DNA from: Blepharisma stoltei ATCC 30299
Taxonomy: Eukaryota > Protista > Ciliophora
Assembly (NCBI GenBank): GCA_965603825.1
Contig: CBFDEM010000003.1
Span: 1 to 64,000, forward strand
Reading direction: 5' to 3'
DNA: 64,000 nucleotides
Position 1 is the first letter of the stretch; each line of letters starts with the position of its first letter. Below are positions 37,830 through 49,344 of this stretch, piece by piece. A model generated the notes under the pieces. It had not been told where the DNA came from. It did not search any database and worked only from the letters and a program-made list of their open reading frames with translations. Both the position numbers and the translations under genes were made by a program.

Positions 37830-38093
37830 ATGTCGAATATAAATCTTCCACAGTCTAGTCTATTTGTATATAAAAGCTCCCTTGAGTCCAAAGTATTTCC
37901 TATGCAGCTATCGGAGATGATGAAGGCTCATAAGCTACTACTTTTAGGATTTATAGACAGACAAGACGAAGAAGATGCCAATAATTTTGAATTGAGGAGC
38001 AAGCTTCTCGATCAAAATAATTCTCTTTGTAAAGAAAATGAAACACTAAAACGGTTGGTTTCCCTTATCAAAAATTACGACCCTTATAATTAA
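37830..38093 (+). CDS. Small hypothetical coiled-coil protein (87 aa)
   Basis: ATG..TAA ORF with plausible composition; no recognised motif. Confidence 0.5.
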   Translation: MSNINLPQSSLFVYKSSLESKVFPMQLSEMMKAHKLLLLGFIDRQDEEDANNFELRSKLLDQNNSLCKENETLKRLVSLIKNYDPYN

Positions 38094-38166
38094 CTATGTA
38101 GAGCATTATGAATATTACAAAAACTCCTATTAAAAGCAAATATAATAATTGTCTTATTAATTCAAA

Positions 38167-39681
38167 TTAGGCCGTCAGCCCATTTTCAATGCCATCTAAT
38201 AGATGCTCCATAAAAGTTTTGGTGACTTGGAAATAATTAGTAAGCTCACTTTTGTGCTGATAAAACGGCGACCTATCAATAACATCAGCCGACATAAACT
38301 CATCCAGCGGCTTTTCTACAAGCTCATGCAAATGCTCAGTGTTTTCTTCAAGTTTCTCTTGAAGATGCTCAAAAAGGTCCTTTTCAGCTCCAGATTTTAA
38401 ATAATACCCAAAGCAATAGGTCCATTTTAGCACCCTCCTGCATTTAATGACCTGTTCTGCAGCTTGTTTAAGGAACTCCAGCTCTCCAATTGGGTACTGC
38501 TTAAAGTCATGCAATTCTTGCATTTTTTCTTCCATTGCAGGCACTTGCTTTTCTGAGGCGATTTTTTGTGCTTTGTGGTGGTTATTATACCTCTCGAAGT
38601 ACCAAATATACTTGTCGAGTTCAGTTTTGGCTTTTTCTCGCTTGGATTCTTCTTGCTTAAAGGCGTTGTTGGTGCCTGACATCAGCTCGTCGTATTTATT
38701 GCACTTATAAAAACCTCCAGTTGCAGAGTTGTGGTCAGTCCAAGGACCAAGGCAAAGCCAGCAAAATTCGTGGCCGCAGCCGTTGACTTCTCTTCTGCAA
38801 GTCATATGGTTGCAGCCTTGGTTTTTTTCTATTGGGTTTCTGCATTTTGGGCACTGTTTCGTGTTTGCAATGATCCAGGTGATATTTTCGCTTTCAGCAG
38901 AATTTTTTACAATTCATGATTTTACTAGATTGCATGATACTGGCCTATGAGCTTCTTCTCCACAAGCAAAACAGAAAAAATATCCACATTTGCAGGAAAT
39001 CCCATGGACTCCTAAATTTTCATATTCCACCACATAGCTGCATCCAGGTGCTGGGCATCACCGGTAGGCTTGATTTTGATTTATGAATTCTTCACATTTC
39101 AATCGTTTATAATTCTCAGCCTTTTCTCCTTGCAAGTATCCTAAAATCATACTTTCAGGTACCTTTAATGGGCAGCTATGCATTGGGCATTTGCCTCCAG
39201 CTATGGTTCTTTCATATAAAAGGTTCTCAAGATACTGTCTCCAGCAGCTTTTACAATAAGAATGCCCACACTGCAAGGCGTCTCTGTCTAATTTATTTTC
39301 ATAGCAAATTTGGCAGCACCCTTCAGTGCCCCTAACTAATTTAATTGAGCCTAATTTTTTCCCTCTGCTTTTTGCTACTTCATATCCTGCTGGTGGCAAT
39401 AAGATTCCTGCTTCAATACGAACCCTCATTTCATTATCAAGCCAAGAGTCTTGCAGTTTGTGGAGTTTCCAGTGATAGTGGGTAAGCAAAATCAAAGCTT
39501 CATCTTTGGAAATCCCCAAAAGTTCGGAGTATTCTGAAGCAATTTCGTTTACCCTTTGCTCTATTTCGGAAAGGTGAAGAATGGTATATGATTTTTGACG
39601 TATGAGTGCTGGTTCGGGTAGGTCTTCGGATTCGTCGTCTACTTCCATATCCCAGTCACTTGACTCAGATGGTTCTGACAT
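38167..39681 (-). CDS. Ariadne-type RBR E3 ubiquitin ligase (ARIH1-like), ~504 aa
   Basis: Acidic N-terminus; RING1 CQICYE..CGHSYCKSCW; IBR R(W)CPAPGC..CKCGYFFCFACGEEAH; RING2 TKQCPKCRNPIEKNQGCNHMTC; Ariadne domain RRVLKWTYCFGYY. Confidence 0.93.
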
Positions 39682-40244
39682 TTTTGTACTTTATAATGAT
39701 AAAGTTGAAGTGTGGGGTAGGAAAGATTGAAGAAAAAAGGCTAATTGGATTTGGGAAAGGGTTATAATTATGAAAAGGCTAGTGAAAAATGAGAATTGTG
39801 CATATACATTATAAAGAGAGTATAAAGATATATAAGATAAAAAAGCTATAAATAGGCTAGGATTTAGCGCTGGATGATGCTATAAATTCTTCTAGTTTTG
39901 CTATTTAATCACAATTTTTGAATATATTAACCTCAAAATTAAAATATCAAATGTTGATACTTCTGGCAAATAATGACGAATATTATAATGTTTTTATAAT
40001 TTTTCTTCATCTTTAGATACCATAGTTTTGGCTTAAAATCAAATTTCACTTGCGAAAATCAAAGTTCGTAGAAAGAGCTTAATAAATTTTGCGAAATATA
40101 GTATTTATAGACAGCCATAGTTTCAAAAATTTTATTGTTTGCAAAAATCCTTAAGAATCTGTTATGAACGAATATTTCTATGCAAAAGGGACAAAAAGAC
40201 AATTTAAACATTAATTCCTGAATTTTTCTGAATAATAATAAAGA

Positions 40245-40925
40245 ATGGGGAGCCTCGATACAATCCCAGTCGACATTATAAGGTATCACATCCTTCCTTT
40301 TATTCGAGATCCAAGGACATTTGTTTATATTGGAGGTGTGAACCATAGCCTTCGTCATTCTTGGAAAAATCTAGGACATTCAATAACAGATCTAGTCAAA
40401 GAAAGAATTCCTTCGTTTGAAAACCTTCACAAAGAAGTCGAGAGTGAAATGCAAACCGATAAATGCCCTGGGCTAACAAAAGATTTGCATTTTGCTGCAG
40501 TCGCAGTCGATAATATCGATTACCGACAGATTGATTACAATGATGAGCATGCCTTATATCTTTTATCAGTCTTTTGAGTGTATTTAATGATGACAACTGA
40601 GCCAGCAACCAAGGAAGAAATTTTAGAACTTTTTAATAAAGAAAATGCAATTGAAAATTTAGAGCACGTTGATCCAAGATGGGTGGAGAGAAAAATGGTG
40701 GATAAAGTTATTGAAATGATTGCAACTGCCCAGTGAAGAGAAGTTGAAGGGAGATTTATGGGACAAAAAGAAGAACCAATTATTACGTGGATAAAACATT
40801 TTACAAGATATTTGCAGATTGGACAACTTGTACAAGAAAATCAAAGAAAGGAGGAGTATTATGCAGACTCGATTGATAGGCTAAAAAATATCATAAAGAA
40901 TCAGCACCAAATTTGGAGACCTTAA
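40245..40925 (+). CDS. F-box-like / MTBD-like protein, paralog 2 (226 aa)
   Basis: Colinear with 32392-33081 (CP.LTKDLHFA.VAV..ID, KENA, II.WIK.F.RYL) once two TGA are read as Trp; ends TAA. Confidence 0.75.
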
Positions 40926-41142
40926 TAATTTACTTATTTTATAAATTTCCACGCTAAAATATTTTCTAATAGCAGATCTATAATAAAAATAGATTCCAGA
41001 AAGATTTATTTATTTATTTTATTTAGACATAATTTCAAAAAAAATCGATTCAAGCAGAGAAAGTAATAATTTCAATAATTTTCTTTGAAATAAATTATTT
41101 TCCTGAAACCCTAGATCATTTAATATTTTTAAATTTTGCTTA

Positions 41143-41781
41143 ATGGGAACCAGAAAAACTCGAGGAATATTTGTTTCTGATTATGAAGCACGGTCTCCAA
41201 GAGGCTATAATTTTCCTACTGATTATAGTTTTGATGCAAATTCTGTCATAGATGATCGAAGAAGATCAATGGCATTGCCACTGTACCAGCAAGCGCATGG
41301 TCCAGAAACCCATTCACTATGCAAGCCAAGAAATGAAATTTTAGAAGGCAGACAGTCACCACGGCCTACTAAGTCAATTAATATTAATGATCCGCTTATA
41401 TCCACAACTCCAATTATTGTATTAATTATACAGCATCCAAAAGATTCAAAAATTAAAGCGATGCCTTGTATTAACTTAGAAGACCGCCCACAAATATCAG
41501 ATTCTCAAGACGGAGAATGCGATATTGAACCATGGAAGCGTATGATTGGCAATGCCAGCGAGCTTATGCTTCTGAAGGTAAATACAAAATAGTTTCAGGA
41601 AACACTTATGATAGAAAGGACAATTATGCTTGAAATCATTAATAAAGATTCAAAGAGAGACCAAGTGCTGCTAGAACTTACAAAAAAACTAGAAACTCTT
41701 AACAGGGAAAATGCAATTTTGGCTTTGGAAAATAAGGGCTTGCAGGGTATGATGCACACATGGAATCCGCAAATAAGTTAA
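41143..41781 (+). CDS. Hypothetical protein with C-terminal coiled coil; 2 introns
   Basis: Intron 41578-41592 removes a TAG; candidate intron 41419-41433. Confidence 0.7.
41419..41433 (+). other. Candidate 15-nt intron GTATTAATTATACAG (stopless)
   Basis: GT..AG, A10, very AT-rich. Confidence 0.7.
41578..41592 (+). other. 15-nt intron GTAAATACAAAATAG
   Basis: A10; removal extends the ORF by 62 codons. Confidence 0.85.
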
Positions 41782-41923
41782 TGTCACTATTAAGATAATT
41801 AACATAAATATTTATTATAAAGTCTTTTTAAATTATTTCACTATAATTGTATAAACTACTCAAAACCTCTAAATATATCTTTCTGATTACTAAGTAAAAT
41901 GATAATAGAAACACTTTATTTAA

Positions 41924-43027
41924 TTAGGCTGGTTTTGGTCTGTAGCTGTAATCTGGATCAAGAATGTTTCCATTAGGAGGAGTGTGATAAGGAATATTAT
42001 ATTTTAATAGCCAATTTGTGCATGTAGCTTGAGTTTGATGATGGCTTCTAGAGCTTGGATTAGGCCGTTGAACTGGTGCTTGGATTGGCATAGTTCCAGC
42101 CATTAACTGATTGCTCAAAGTCATAATAGCGCTTGGGCTAAAAGCTGGAAAAGTCATTAAATCTTGGCTTTGACTGTTATTCGTAGGATATAGAGGCTGA
42201 GGAAATCCAAATGGACCATATTTATTAAGTAATGTAGGATGAAACATCATATTTGGGGAAAAAATATTAGGAATCTGTAAAGGGTTCATAGTTGGATTTT
42301 GGACTGTGCTCATAGCTAGGTTTTGAGCAGACCTGAGAACTTGGTCTTGGGAAGAATTATTTGTATTGAGTGTTTCATTCTGATCTGCATTCAAGAGAGT
42401 TTCATTGTATATAGGAGAAGTATTTGTTGCGATTGGAGTTTCTATAGGGGGATTTAGAATAGGCATTGAAAGATCTAAAGGGTTATTTTGTGAAGGGGGG
42501 GTAATTGATTTATTAAATTCAATATTTTTAGGCCTTTTTATTGGCTCTTTTTCAGGGTTCGAAGTAACACTTTTACTACTTTTTGGCCTGCTTCTTTTTT
42601 TCATTATTCCCTCTCCAAGTAGATCTAGTTCTTTTGACGATCTCTGCTCATTTTTCTTATTTATGACGAGGAAATCTGGATATTGGGTTTCTTTATCCAA
42701 GTTATTTGAAATTTCATCTCGTACAATTTTTTGATATTCTTGGTAAATATTGATTCTATTTGGACAATCCTTAGGGATCAAACTGATTAAATTTTGGCTC
42801 ACTCCTAAATGATCTGCCACGGATTCCAATCCAAGGTCTATAATTGTAGCTTCCAATATGCCGCTGAGCTTGCTGAAAAACTCAATCCTATCAAAATCGC
42901 AACGCAACAAAAAATTTTTTACTTCTTTTGCCTCAATTTTCAGGCATTCTGCTGCAGATTTTGTCCCTTTGAGCAAGCAAAAAATCCCAATTTCTTCATT
43001 CTTTATATTACTCAAAAGATCAGTCAT
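41924..43027 (-). CDS. Hypothetical 367-aa protein, possible HTH-like segment and P/N/M-rich tail
   Basis: Long ORF; LESVADHLGVSQNLISLI resembles a helix-turn-helix; basic KKRSRPK. Confidence 0.7.
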   Translation of the reverse strand: MTDLLSNIKNEEIGIFCLLKGTKSAAECLKIEAKEVKNFLLRCDFDRIEFFSKLSGILEATIIDLGLESVADHLGVSQNLISLIPKDCPNRINIYQEYQKIVRDEISNNLDKETQYPDFLVINKKNEQRSSKELDLLGEGIMKKRSRPKSSKSVTSNPEKEPIKRPKNIEFNKSITPPSQNNPLDLSMPILNPPIETPIATNTSPIYNETLLNADQNETLNTNNSSQDQVLRSAQNLAMSTVQNPTMNPLQIPNIFSPNMMFHPTLLNKYGPFGFPQPLYPTNNSQSQDLMTFPAFSPSAIMTLSNQLMAGTMPIQAPVQRPNPSSRSHHQTQATCTNWLLKYNIPYHTPPNGNILDPDYSYRPKPA

Positions 43028-43047
43028 ATTTATTAAAATATTAATTT

Positions 43048-44365
43048 CTATTCTTTGCTATTCAACACTTCTTCGATTTCTTTGACTTGGCTTATCATAT
43101 TTTCAAACTCATGTATCGAACTCCCTGCAAAAGTCCTTAAAATTACTTCATATTTCTGGGCTTTCAGCTGCTTAAATTTCGGTATATCTAAATTTGCTAA
43201 TTTTGCTGCTGAGATTGTGCTGATATTTGAGAGCGCCAAAATTTCTTTTTGCATGTCACCGATGCTGCTTTCTAGAAGCTGCGAGTTTCTTTCTCTGGAA
43301 TTCGTAGAAAATATCTGGGAAAGCATTTTTTTGCCTGCTTGGATTTTGAGCATGCGTGTCTTTTCTGTTTCCATTTTGCTTTCAATTTCCATTTGGCGCT
43401 TATCGATTTCTTTTTTTGTATCAATTGCGTCGATCATTGCTTTTAAATCGATGATTTCTCATCTGACCCAGTCTAAAAGCACGAAAAAAGGATTTGAGTA
43501 TATTTCTCTGGGGGAAACTGATAAGGCTTTGCTGCCGTATTGTTCTTGGTAAAATTTGCTGAGGCTGTTTACTCCTGTCATAAGTTGTGTTAGCTCTGAT
43601 TCGAAATTTTCAAAATAATCCACATTGATTTTGCAGAGATTTTCGAATTTTTCTAAAGCTTCAATGCCGATTTTGAAGAACGCGCGGCCTTCGCTGACTG
43701 TTTTTTCGTTTTGCTCATTGTAGGTTTCTTTAGCATAATCCTTGAAAATTTTTGTGTATTTTGGAGAAATATCTTGATAAGGCTGTTTTCTAAGCAATAA
43801 TTTATGATAAACGCCTGGATTTTTAATAAATTGCTGAAATTCATCAGACTCATAAAGATAGTTATACGATACAATTCTGCTTATGAACAAATTATAGAGC
43901 TTCATCATTTTTTCAATAAATCTTGGATTAATATTGTTCTAATTAGAAAATTACTGCATTTTGTTTAGGAGGGACTGGAGGTATATAGCACCCAGGCCAA
44001 TTGTGCACTAAAACACTTCTCAATGTTCTAAAATCTTTAGAGCTTCTGTGTGCTTCATAGGTTCCTGAAGAATCATGGCCTTGGATTATATAATAAACAT
44101 GCTTTTTAATAAGGTTTGACTTTGTGGAATAGCTGCATACAGAAGCTCCTATTTTGTTGTCTAATTCAGACTCAGTTAGGTGAAGAACACTGTCAGAGTT
44201 TTTATTAATAATTGGAGATTTTTCTTCTTCAGGTAAAATTTCTTCATTGCTGAATAATTTATTAGTAATGGGACGGGGGACTGTAGACGCGAGCGGATCA
44301 AGGAGTATTTCATTGGCTGAAGATTTTATGTTGGAGTCTTCTTCCTCATATTTTACCTCTTCCAT
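43048..44365 (-). CDS. Sorting nexin (PX + BAR-like); 1 intron
   Basis: PX motifs HVYYIIQG, RSSKDFRTLRSVLVHNWPGCYIPPVPPK, YLYESDEFQQF; 16-nt intron and one TGA. Confidence 0.85.
43939..43954 (-). other. 16-nt intron GTAATTTTCTAATTAG
   Basis: Gives the frame change needed inside the PX domain; A at position 11. Confidence 0.88.
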
Positions 44366-44582
44366 ATGTTTTATCTGCTATTTAAATAAGTCAACTTATA
44401 TATTGCAAAATAGATGATGTCATTTATTTGGGATTTTAATGGAAAAATTCATTAATTTACAGAAAATCTTCTCTAAAAATATTTTTAAACTAAGATAAGC
44501 GATTTTATTTTTAATTACAAGCTACTTCATTAAAAATCTTAATATTAGTTATCTACTTTTAATTTTAACAGTCGAATTATAA

Positions 44583-46727
44583 ATGGATTCAAATATCAAC
44601 TTAACGATTAGTCCAAGTCTGGACTGCTTATACTTAGCATCTAGTTTCTCTTCAAGTATCCAACCAAATTTCAGAAAAAAACTATTAGAAAAAGCTTTAA
44701 GCAAAGAAAATCTAAATTTAATCCCAGAATCCCCTGTTAATTTACCAATAGCCTATTTTACCGATAAAAGCCCAAAGCAGATCAATAGTGGGAAAATTTC
44801 ATTTACTGATACTTTTATCAAGAAAAAGCCTACTCAAATAGTTGGCGAAATCGAATCCAAGCCAAAATTTGTACCAATTTCTCCTGTTTTAAATAAAAAG
44901 AAAAAACAAATTCGTAGCCAAAATTCTTCATGTGCAAAAAAAACTGCAAAAAAGCTTGATAAAAGCACAGAATTAGTAAGGTGTGCAAGCACTGATATAA
45001 AAAAGAGAAAAAGTGCATTAAATGCTTATATTGAAGAAAAAATAAATTTTTTATCAAAAAGCAGATCTATGACTCCACTTGGCAACACGAGGCTTAATAA
45101 TGCAATTTCTTCACTTAATGCTAAGAAAATAAGTGTAAGATTTACATAGGAAATGAAAAAAGTTGAAAATACCCAAGACTGGAACGAAATTTCTTGCTCT
45201 ATTATTTACTTACTGTGCGAGATTGACCCAAATATAAAAATCACTACTAAAGAGCATATGAGAGAAGAATTATCAAGATATTTCAGAAACCCAGGCCACG
45301 TCGTGCAAGTTTTAAGAAAGCTACCTGAGCTTCTGGTAGAAAAAAAAATATCAAAAAGTAAAAAACATATAGAAAATATCATTAAAGCTCATCAGCATTT
45401 CTTAAAAGCTGATTTATCCAAACTCTCAAAAAACACAAATACTTCTGAAATAATCAAATTATTAGGCGAAATTTTCAGCTGCTGCAGAGATGGAGAATAC
45501 TTTGAACCATTTAAAGCAAGCTTTATAGATAATCCTAAAGAATTATTTTTAATGAATTTAGAAGAGCTTTGTGCTTCTCCAATAAAAAATCGAGAAATTG
45601 AAGAAAATAGTGAAAGCACAACCACTTGTAAAAAAATTACAAAAAAAGAAGAAAGTAGCGTTGATAAAGAAAAAAATATTGACAATATTGCAGAGATAAC
45701 TAAAGAAGACGCTGATAAACAGAATTTTCTTATAGAAAATATAGATAATGCTTCTATATCAGAAATAGAAGGCGAGGATAAACCTATGCTTGACGACTGG
45801 TTTGAGCTTGAAGATTTGAGCCAAGGAGAAACGACTGATAAAAAAAGCGAAGAAGAAATTGCCAATATCTCTAGTATTGGCTTACAAAATATCTCCTATG
45901 GCGATTTCTCGTTAAAAAGTCCTTATATTTATCAAGAAGGGTCTTCATTTTCTTCACTAGAAAGATCAGAAAAATTCCGCTCTGTTCCTCGCTTATCAAA
46001 TGACCCAGAAACATCAAAATTTTCGTTATTAAATAAATTCTATCAAAAATCTGGGTATGTCACCAAAGAACCTCCAGTTCTGCATGATATTTTAATGACA
46101 CCTGAAGTCCCACCAGCAATTTCGGAAAATGATACTCCAAATTTTTCAGCTTTTCCAAAAGATGAGCAAAGAAATATTTTGAACTCATCCAATAAAAAGC
46201 CATTAATTTCTCCATTGCCACTTCACTGCTTAAATTCCCCTGTAATAAAGCCTAAATCTACACAAACCACTCCTAGAAAAAGTGAAAACCATTCAAAAAT
46301 AACGCAAAAGTTAACGGAGCTTAATAGAAGAGTTGAAGAACAAAAACAATTTCAAATCGAAACTAGGTACAATAAAATGCTAGAAGAGAAATTTCAAATA
46401 TTTTTAGAAGGTAAACTGAGAGAAGAAAAAAATAAAAAAATTTCGCAATTTCAAAAGAAACATGTTTGGATTTCTGAGTTCAAAAACACTATGGATTCTA
46501 TTAGTTTTGGGAAGCATTCTGACATAAAAACGGTGAGTAAAGTAAAAGAATCTTTTATTTCTCACCTTTCTGATAGACTATACAATCGAATTTTGGCAAA
46601 AGCTCAAAAACACATAGAAGAAGAGCAAAACCACTATGATTGTGCTTTAGAACTCAAAGAAGCCCAAGCAGAAATCATAAAGGAAAAGCAAAAATTGTTG
46701 AAGCTTTTATCAAAATATTATAAGTAA
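44583..46727 (+). CDS. Large hypothetical protein (~705 aa); 1-2 introns
   Basis: ORFs 44583 and 45153 join by intron 45135-45149; candidate intron 45358-45372. Confidence 0.75.
45135..45149 (+). other. 15-nt intron GTAAGATTTACATAG
   Basis: A10; removes an in-frame TAG. Confidence 0.85.
45358..45372 (+). other. Candidate 15-nt intron GTAAAAAACATATAG (stopless)
   Basis: Nearly identical to intron 20769-20783; A10. Confidence 0.7.
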
Positions 46728-46752
46728 GTTTAAAATTATTTAAAAAATTAAT

Positions 46753-47313
46753 ATGTCGAGCACAAGCTATATCATTTCTAAGCATATAATAGATCCGATT
46801 CCGAGTACCCCTTGTAGTGCTTTATCAAATAGTTATTTGCAGGAGACTGAGTATAATTCAGATATTGATAATTCGATCAGGAATGAAATAGAGGATAAAT
46901 TTTCGAAATCAAAAATAAACCAAACTTATGTCTTCCCAAGACTAAAGCCACCAATTACATTGCAGGGAAAATTTACAAGGGCGACTTCTAAGCACCATTC
47001 ATTAATATCGGAAACTGAAAAAAATAATTCAAGGCTTGAACTTTCTTCGAAAAAGAAATTGCTTATATACAAGACGTACAGTGATCAAAATAAAAGCCAC
47101 TTAAGAATGAAATCTTTAAGCTTAATAAAAGCTGATTTAATATCAAATCCTAGGCACAAGAGGGTTGAAAGCGATATAACTTCTTATCCAAGCAAATTTT
47201 TAAAATCACCTTATCTACGATCGCCTAGAAAACTCCCGAAGTTAAAGTCCTTAATAAAGAAAAATTTAACTCATATGAGAATCAAAGGAAATTTGCCAAC
47301 GAAAGAAGCTTAA
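46753..47313 (+). CDS. Hypothetical basic protein (186 aa)
   Basis: ATG..TAA ORF, K/S/R-rich. Confidence 0.65.
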   Translation: MSSTSYIISKHIIDPIPSTPCSALSNSYLQETEYNSDIDNSIRNEIEDKFSKSKINQTYVFPRLKPPITLQGKFTRATSKHHSLISETEKNNSRLELSSKKKLLIYKTYSDQNKSHLRMKSLSLIKADLISNPRHKRVESDITSYPSKFLKSPYLRSPRKLPKLKSLIKKNLTHMRIKGNLPTKEA

Positions 47314-48192
47314 ATTTGCTAATTTATGAGTTATTTTTTAAAGAATTAAAATAAATATTGGTTGAGATCAATGATACTGATTGATGAAGCTAGCCTTATA
47401 TATAAATTTTATACTAAAAAGACGATTCCTGAATGATTTTTAAAAAAAAGACTATAAGCAATTGAGAATTTGATTAATAGGCTAGATAAATTAAATATTA
47501 CTTGAGTATATTTGACTTTAAAAAGGCAAACTAAAAGATGCTGACATATTAATTGGTTTTAGCATGAAGGCGATTAATTATTTCCATAAAAATCCAATTT
47601 TCGAATAAAACTTTATAGTTTTATAATAAATATCTAAGAGCCTTGCTTATGTGAAGCAGATGATTATGCAAAATTAATAGCTTTTATTGATGCGGTATAT
47701 GCCTAAGACTTTAGGAAAAGATATACGTGAAATTCATAGAGAAAAGCTTGTGATACTAATGAAGATTTAAAGAAAGTAATAATCCATAACCCTCATGCGA
47801 ACATCAAATTAAAAGTTTATTTTTTCACATTCTAAAAATTGATAAAATTATTTATAAATACATATGCTATATTATTATATTGGTCAATGTTTTATGATCC
47901 ACTGCTGGTGCTACATATATTAGCTATATTGCAAAAAGAGATACATAGTAAATTATTCTAAGTCATATTAATCTAACTCTTAACTGTTTATTGGAATATT
48001 TTTAAAAGCATATATTATAATTTATAAAAAATTATTTATAAAAGCTTCACTCTTACATAATAATTTTTGATTTGTATTTCCAAAAACTTCGAAAATCCTA
48101 TTAAGCCTATTTTTATAAAAATAGCTATTTCCATATTCTAAAATGCTTGTCCAGTAATGCTTCCACGTTCAATTTACGATAATAAGTAATTA

Positions 48193-48813
48193 ATGTCAAC
48201 CAAGGTTGAAGGAGATATTAATGTTATTACCAGCAACCAGTACATTCCAAATATGTACTCGTCCTTCATAGGAATGCCCAATATTATTTGAATCCCTTAC
48301 TATCAGCACCCTGTCACTGGCGAAATCAAGCCAGTTTTTCCTATTGAGTCTCTTCCTAGTGACATAAAGGATTCAGAAGAGCCACAAAAATCCAACCGCG
48401 GAGCACGAAGTCTGCAGTGGACTGAGGACGAAGACGGCATTCTTTATCGCTCAATGGCCGAGAACGGAATAAAATCTTGAGCCCAAATAGCGAAAATGAT
48501 AAATAAACAAGTCCATGCTGGCGAAGAAGTCCGTCATGGAAAACATTGTCGAGAAAGGTGGTTTAATCACTTAAATCCTGATATTAAAAGTAAAATTTAT
48601 GTAGGGGCTGAGTGAACCCATGAAGAAGATTTGGAATTAGTTAAGCTCTATATAAAGCACGGTAATCATTGGAGCTTAATAGCTAAAAATTTGCAAGGAA
48701 GAACTGAAAATTTTGTTAAAAACAGGTTTAATGGTCTTTGCAGAAGAGCGAAAAAAGCTAATAAAGGGCTTTTTGAGTTTTTTAATGTCTCTCCTTGTGA
48801 TGGAAATTTGTAG
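48193..48813 (+). CDS. Two-repeat Myb transcription factor (~201 aa); 1 intron
   Basis: WTEDED..KS(W)AQIA..RHGKHCRERWFNHLNPDIK|RAE(W)THEED..HGNHWSLIAKNLQGRTENFVKNRF. Confidence 0.92.
48590..48604 (+). other. 15-nt intron GTAAAATTTATGTAG (stopless)
   Basis: A10; removal restores canonical Myb inter-repeat linker length. Confidence 0.88.
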
Positions 48814-49099
48814 TCTTCTTGAATCGTTATAATAAGAAAATTTGTCTAGAAATGCGTGCATTTTTTTGGTTTGTCTAGCCAATTTATAGTCTTTAGTTAG
48901 ATTAGTAAGCTACTTCGTCAAATTTTTTGATTTACTTGTTTTCGGCTTTTAAAAATTATTTTTCTTTGAAAAAGTTTTATAGTGAAAAATAACTTTATAA
49001 TCAATGCAAAAAATATTGATGCCAAATATTTTTAATTTTTGGCTTAGCTAGTTGATTCCTTTAAAATCTTATTTAAAGATCTTTAATTGTAAAGCTACA

Positions 49100-49330
49100 T
49101 TAATGAAATTCCTGATTATGCCTTGCTAAGTGTTCATTGCTTGAAAATCCAGTTTTGCAATGTTTGCAAAACTTTAGTTCTTTTATATTTACGTTTATCA
49201 TAAGTTTTTCATTTGTTTTTACTTGTTTTCTTATAACTGGCTCTTCATCTGCATCTTCTTCAACCCTGAAAGTTTTTAACGCTGGTTTCGCAACTTGACT
49301 AACAACTTTCTTTTTAAACCCAAATTCCAT
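49100..49330 (-). CDS. Small C2H2 zinc-finger protein (76 aa)
   Basis: FCKHCKTGFSSNEHLARHNQEFH. Confidence 0.75.
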   Translation of the reverse strand: MEFGFKKKVVSQVAKPALKTFRVEEDADEEPVIRKQVKTNEKLMINVNIKELKFCKHCKTGFSSNEHLARHNQEFH

Positions 49331-49344
49331 TTAATTATAATTAA

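Noticed and set aside
47314-48140. tRNA/ncRNA or hidden gene in long AT-rich spacers (also 26823-27394, 31733-32391, 33082-33671, 39682-40244)
   Set aside because: No cloverleaf or box A/B pattern, and no sizeable ORF seen by eye. A covariance-model scan is needed to exclude ncRNAs.
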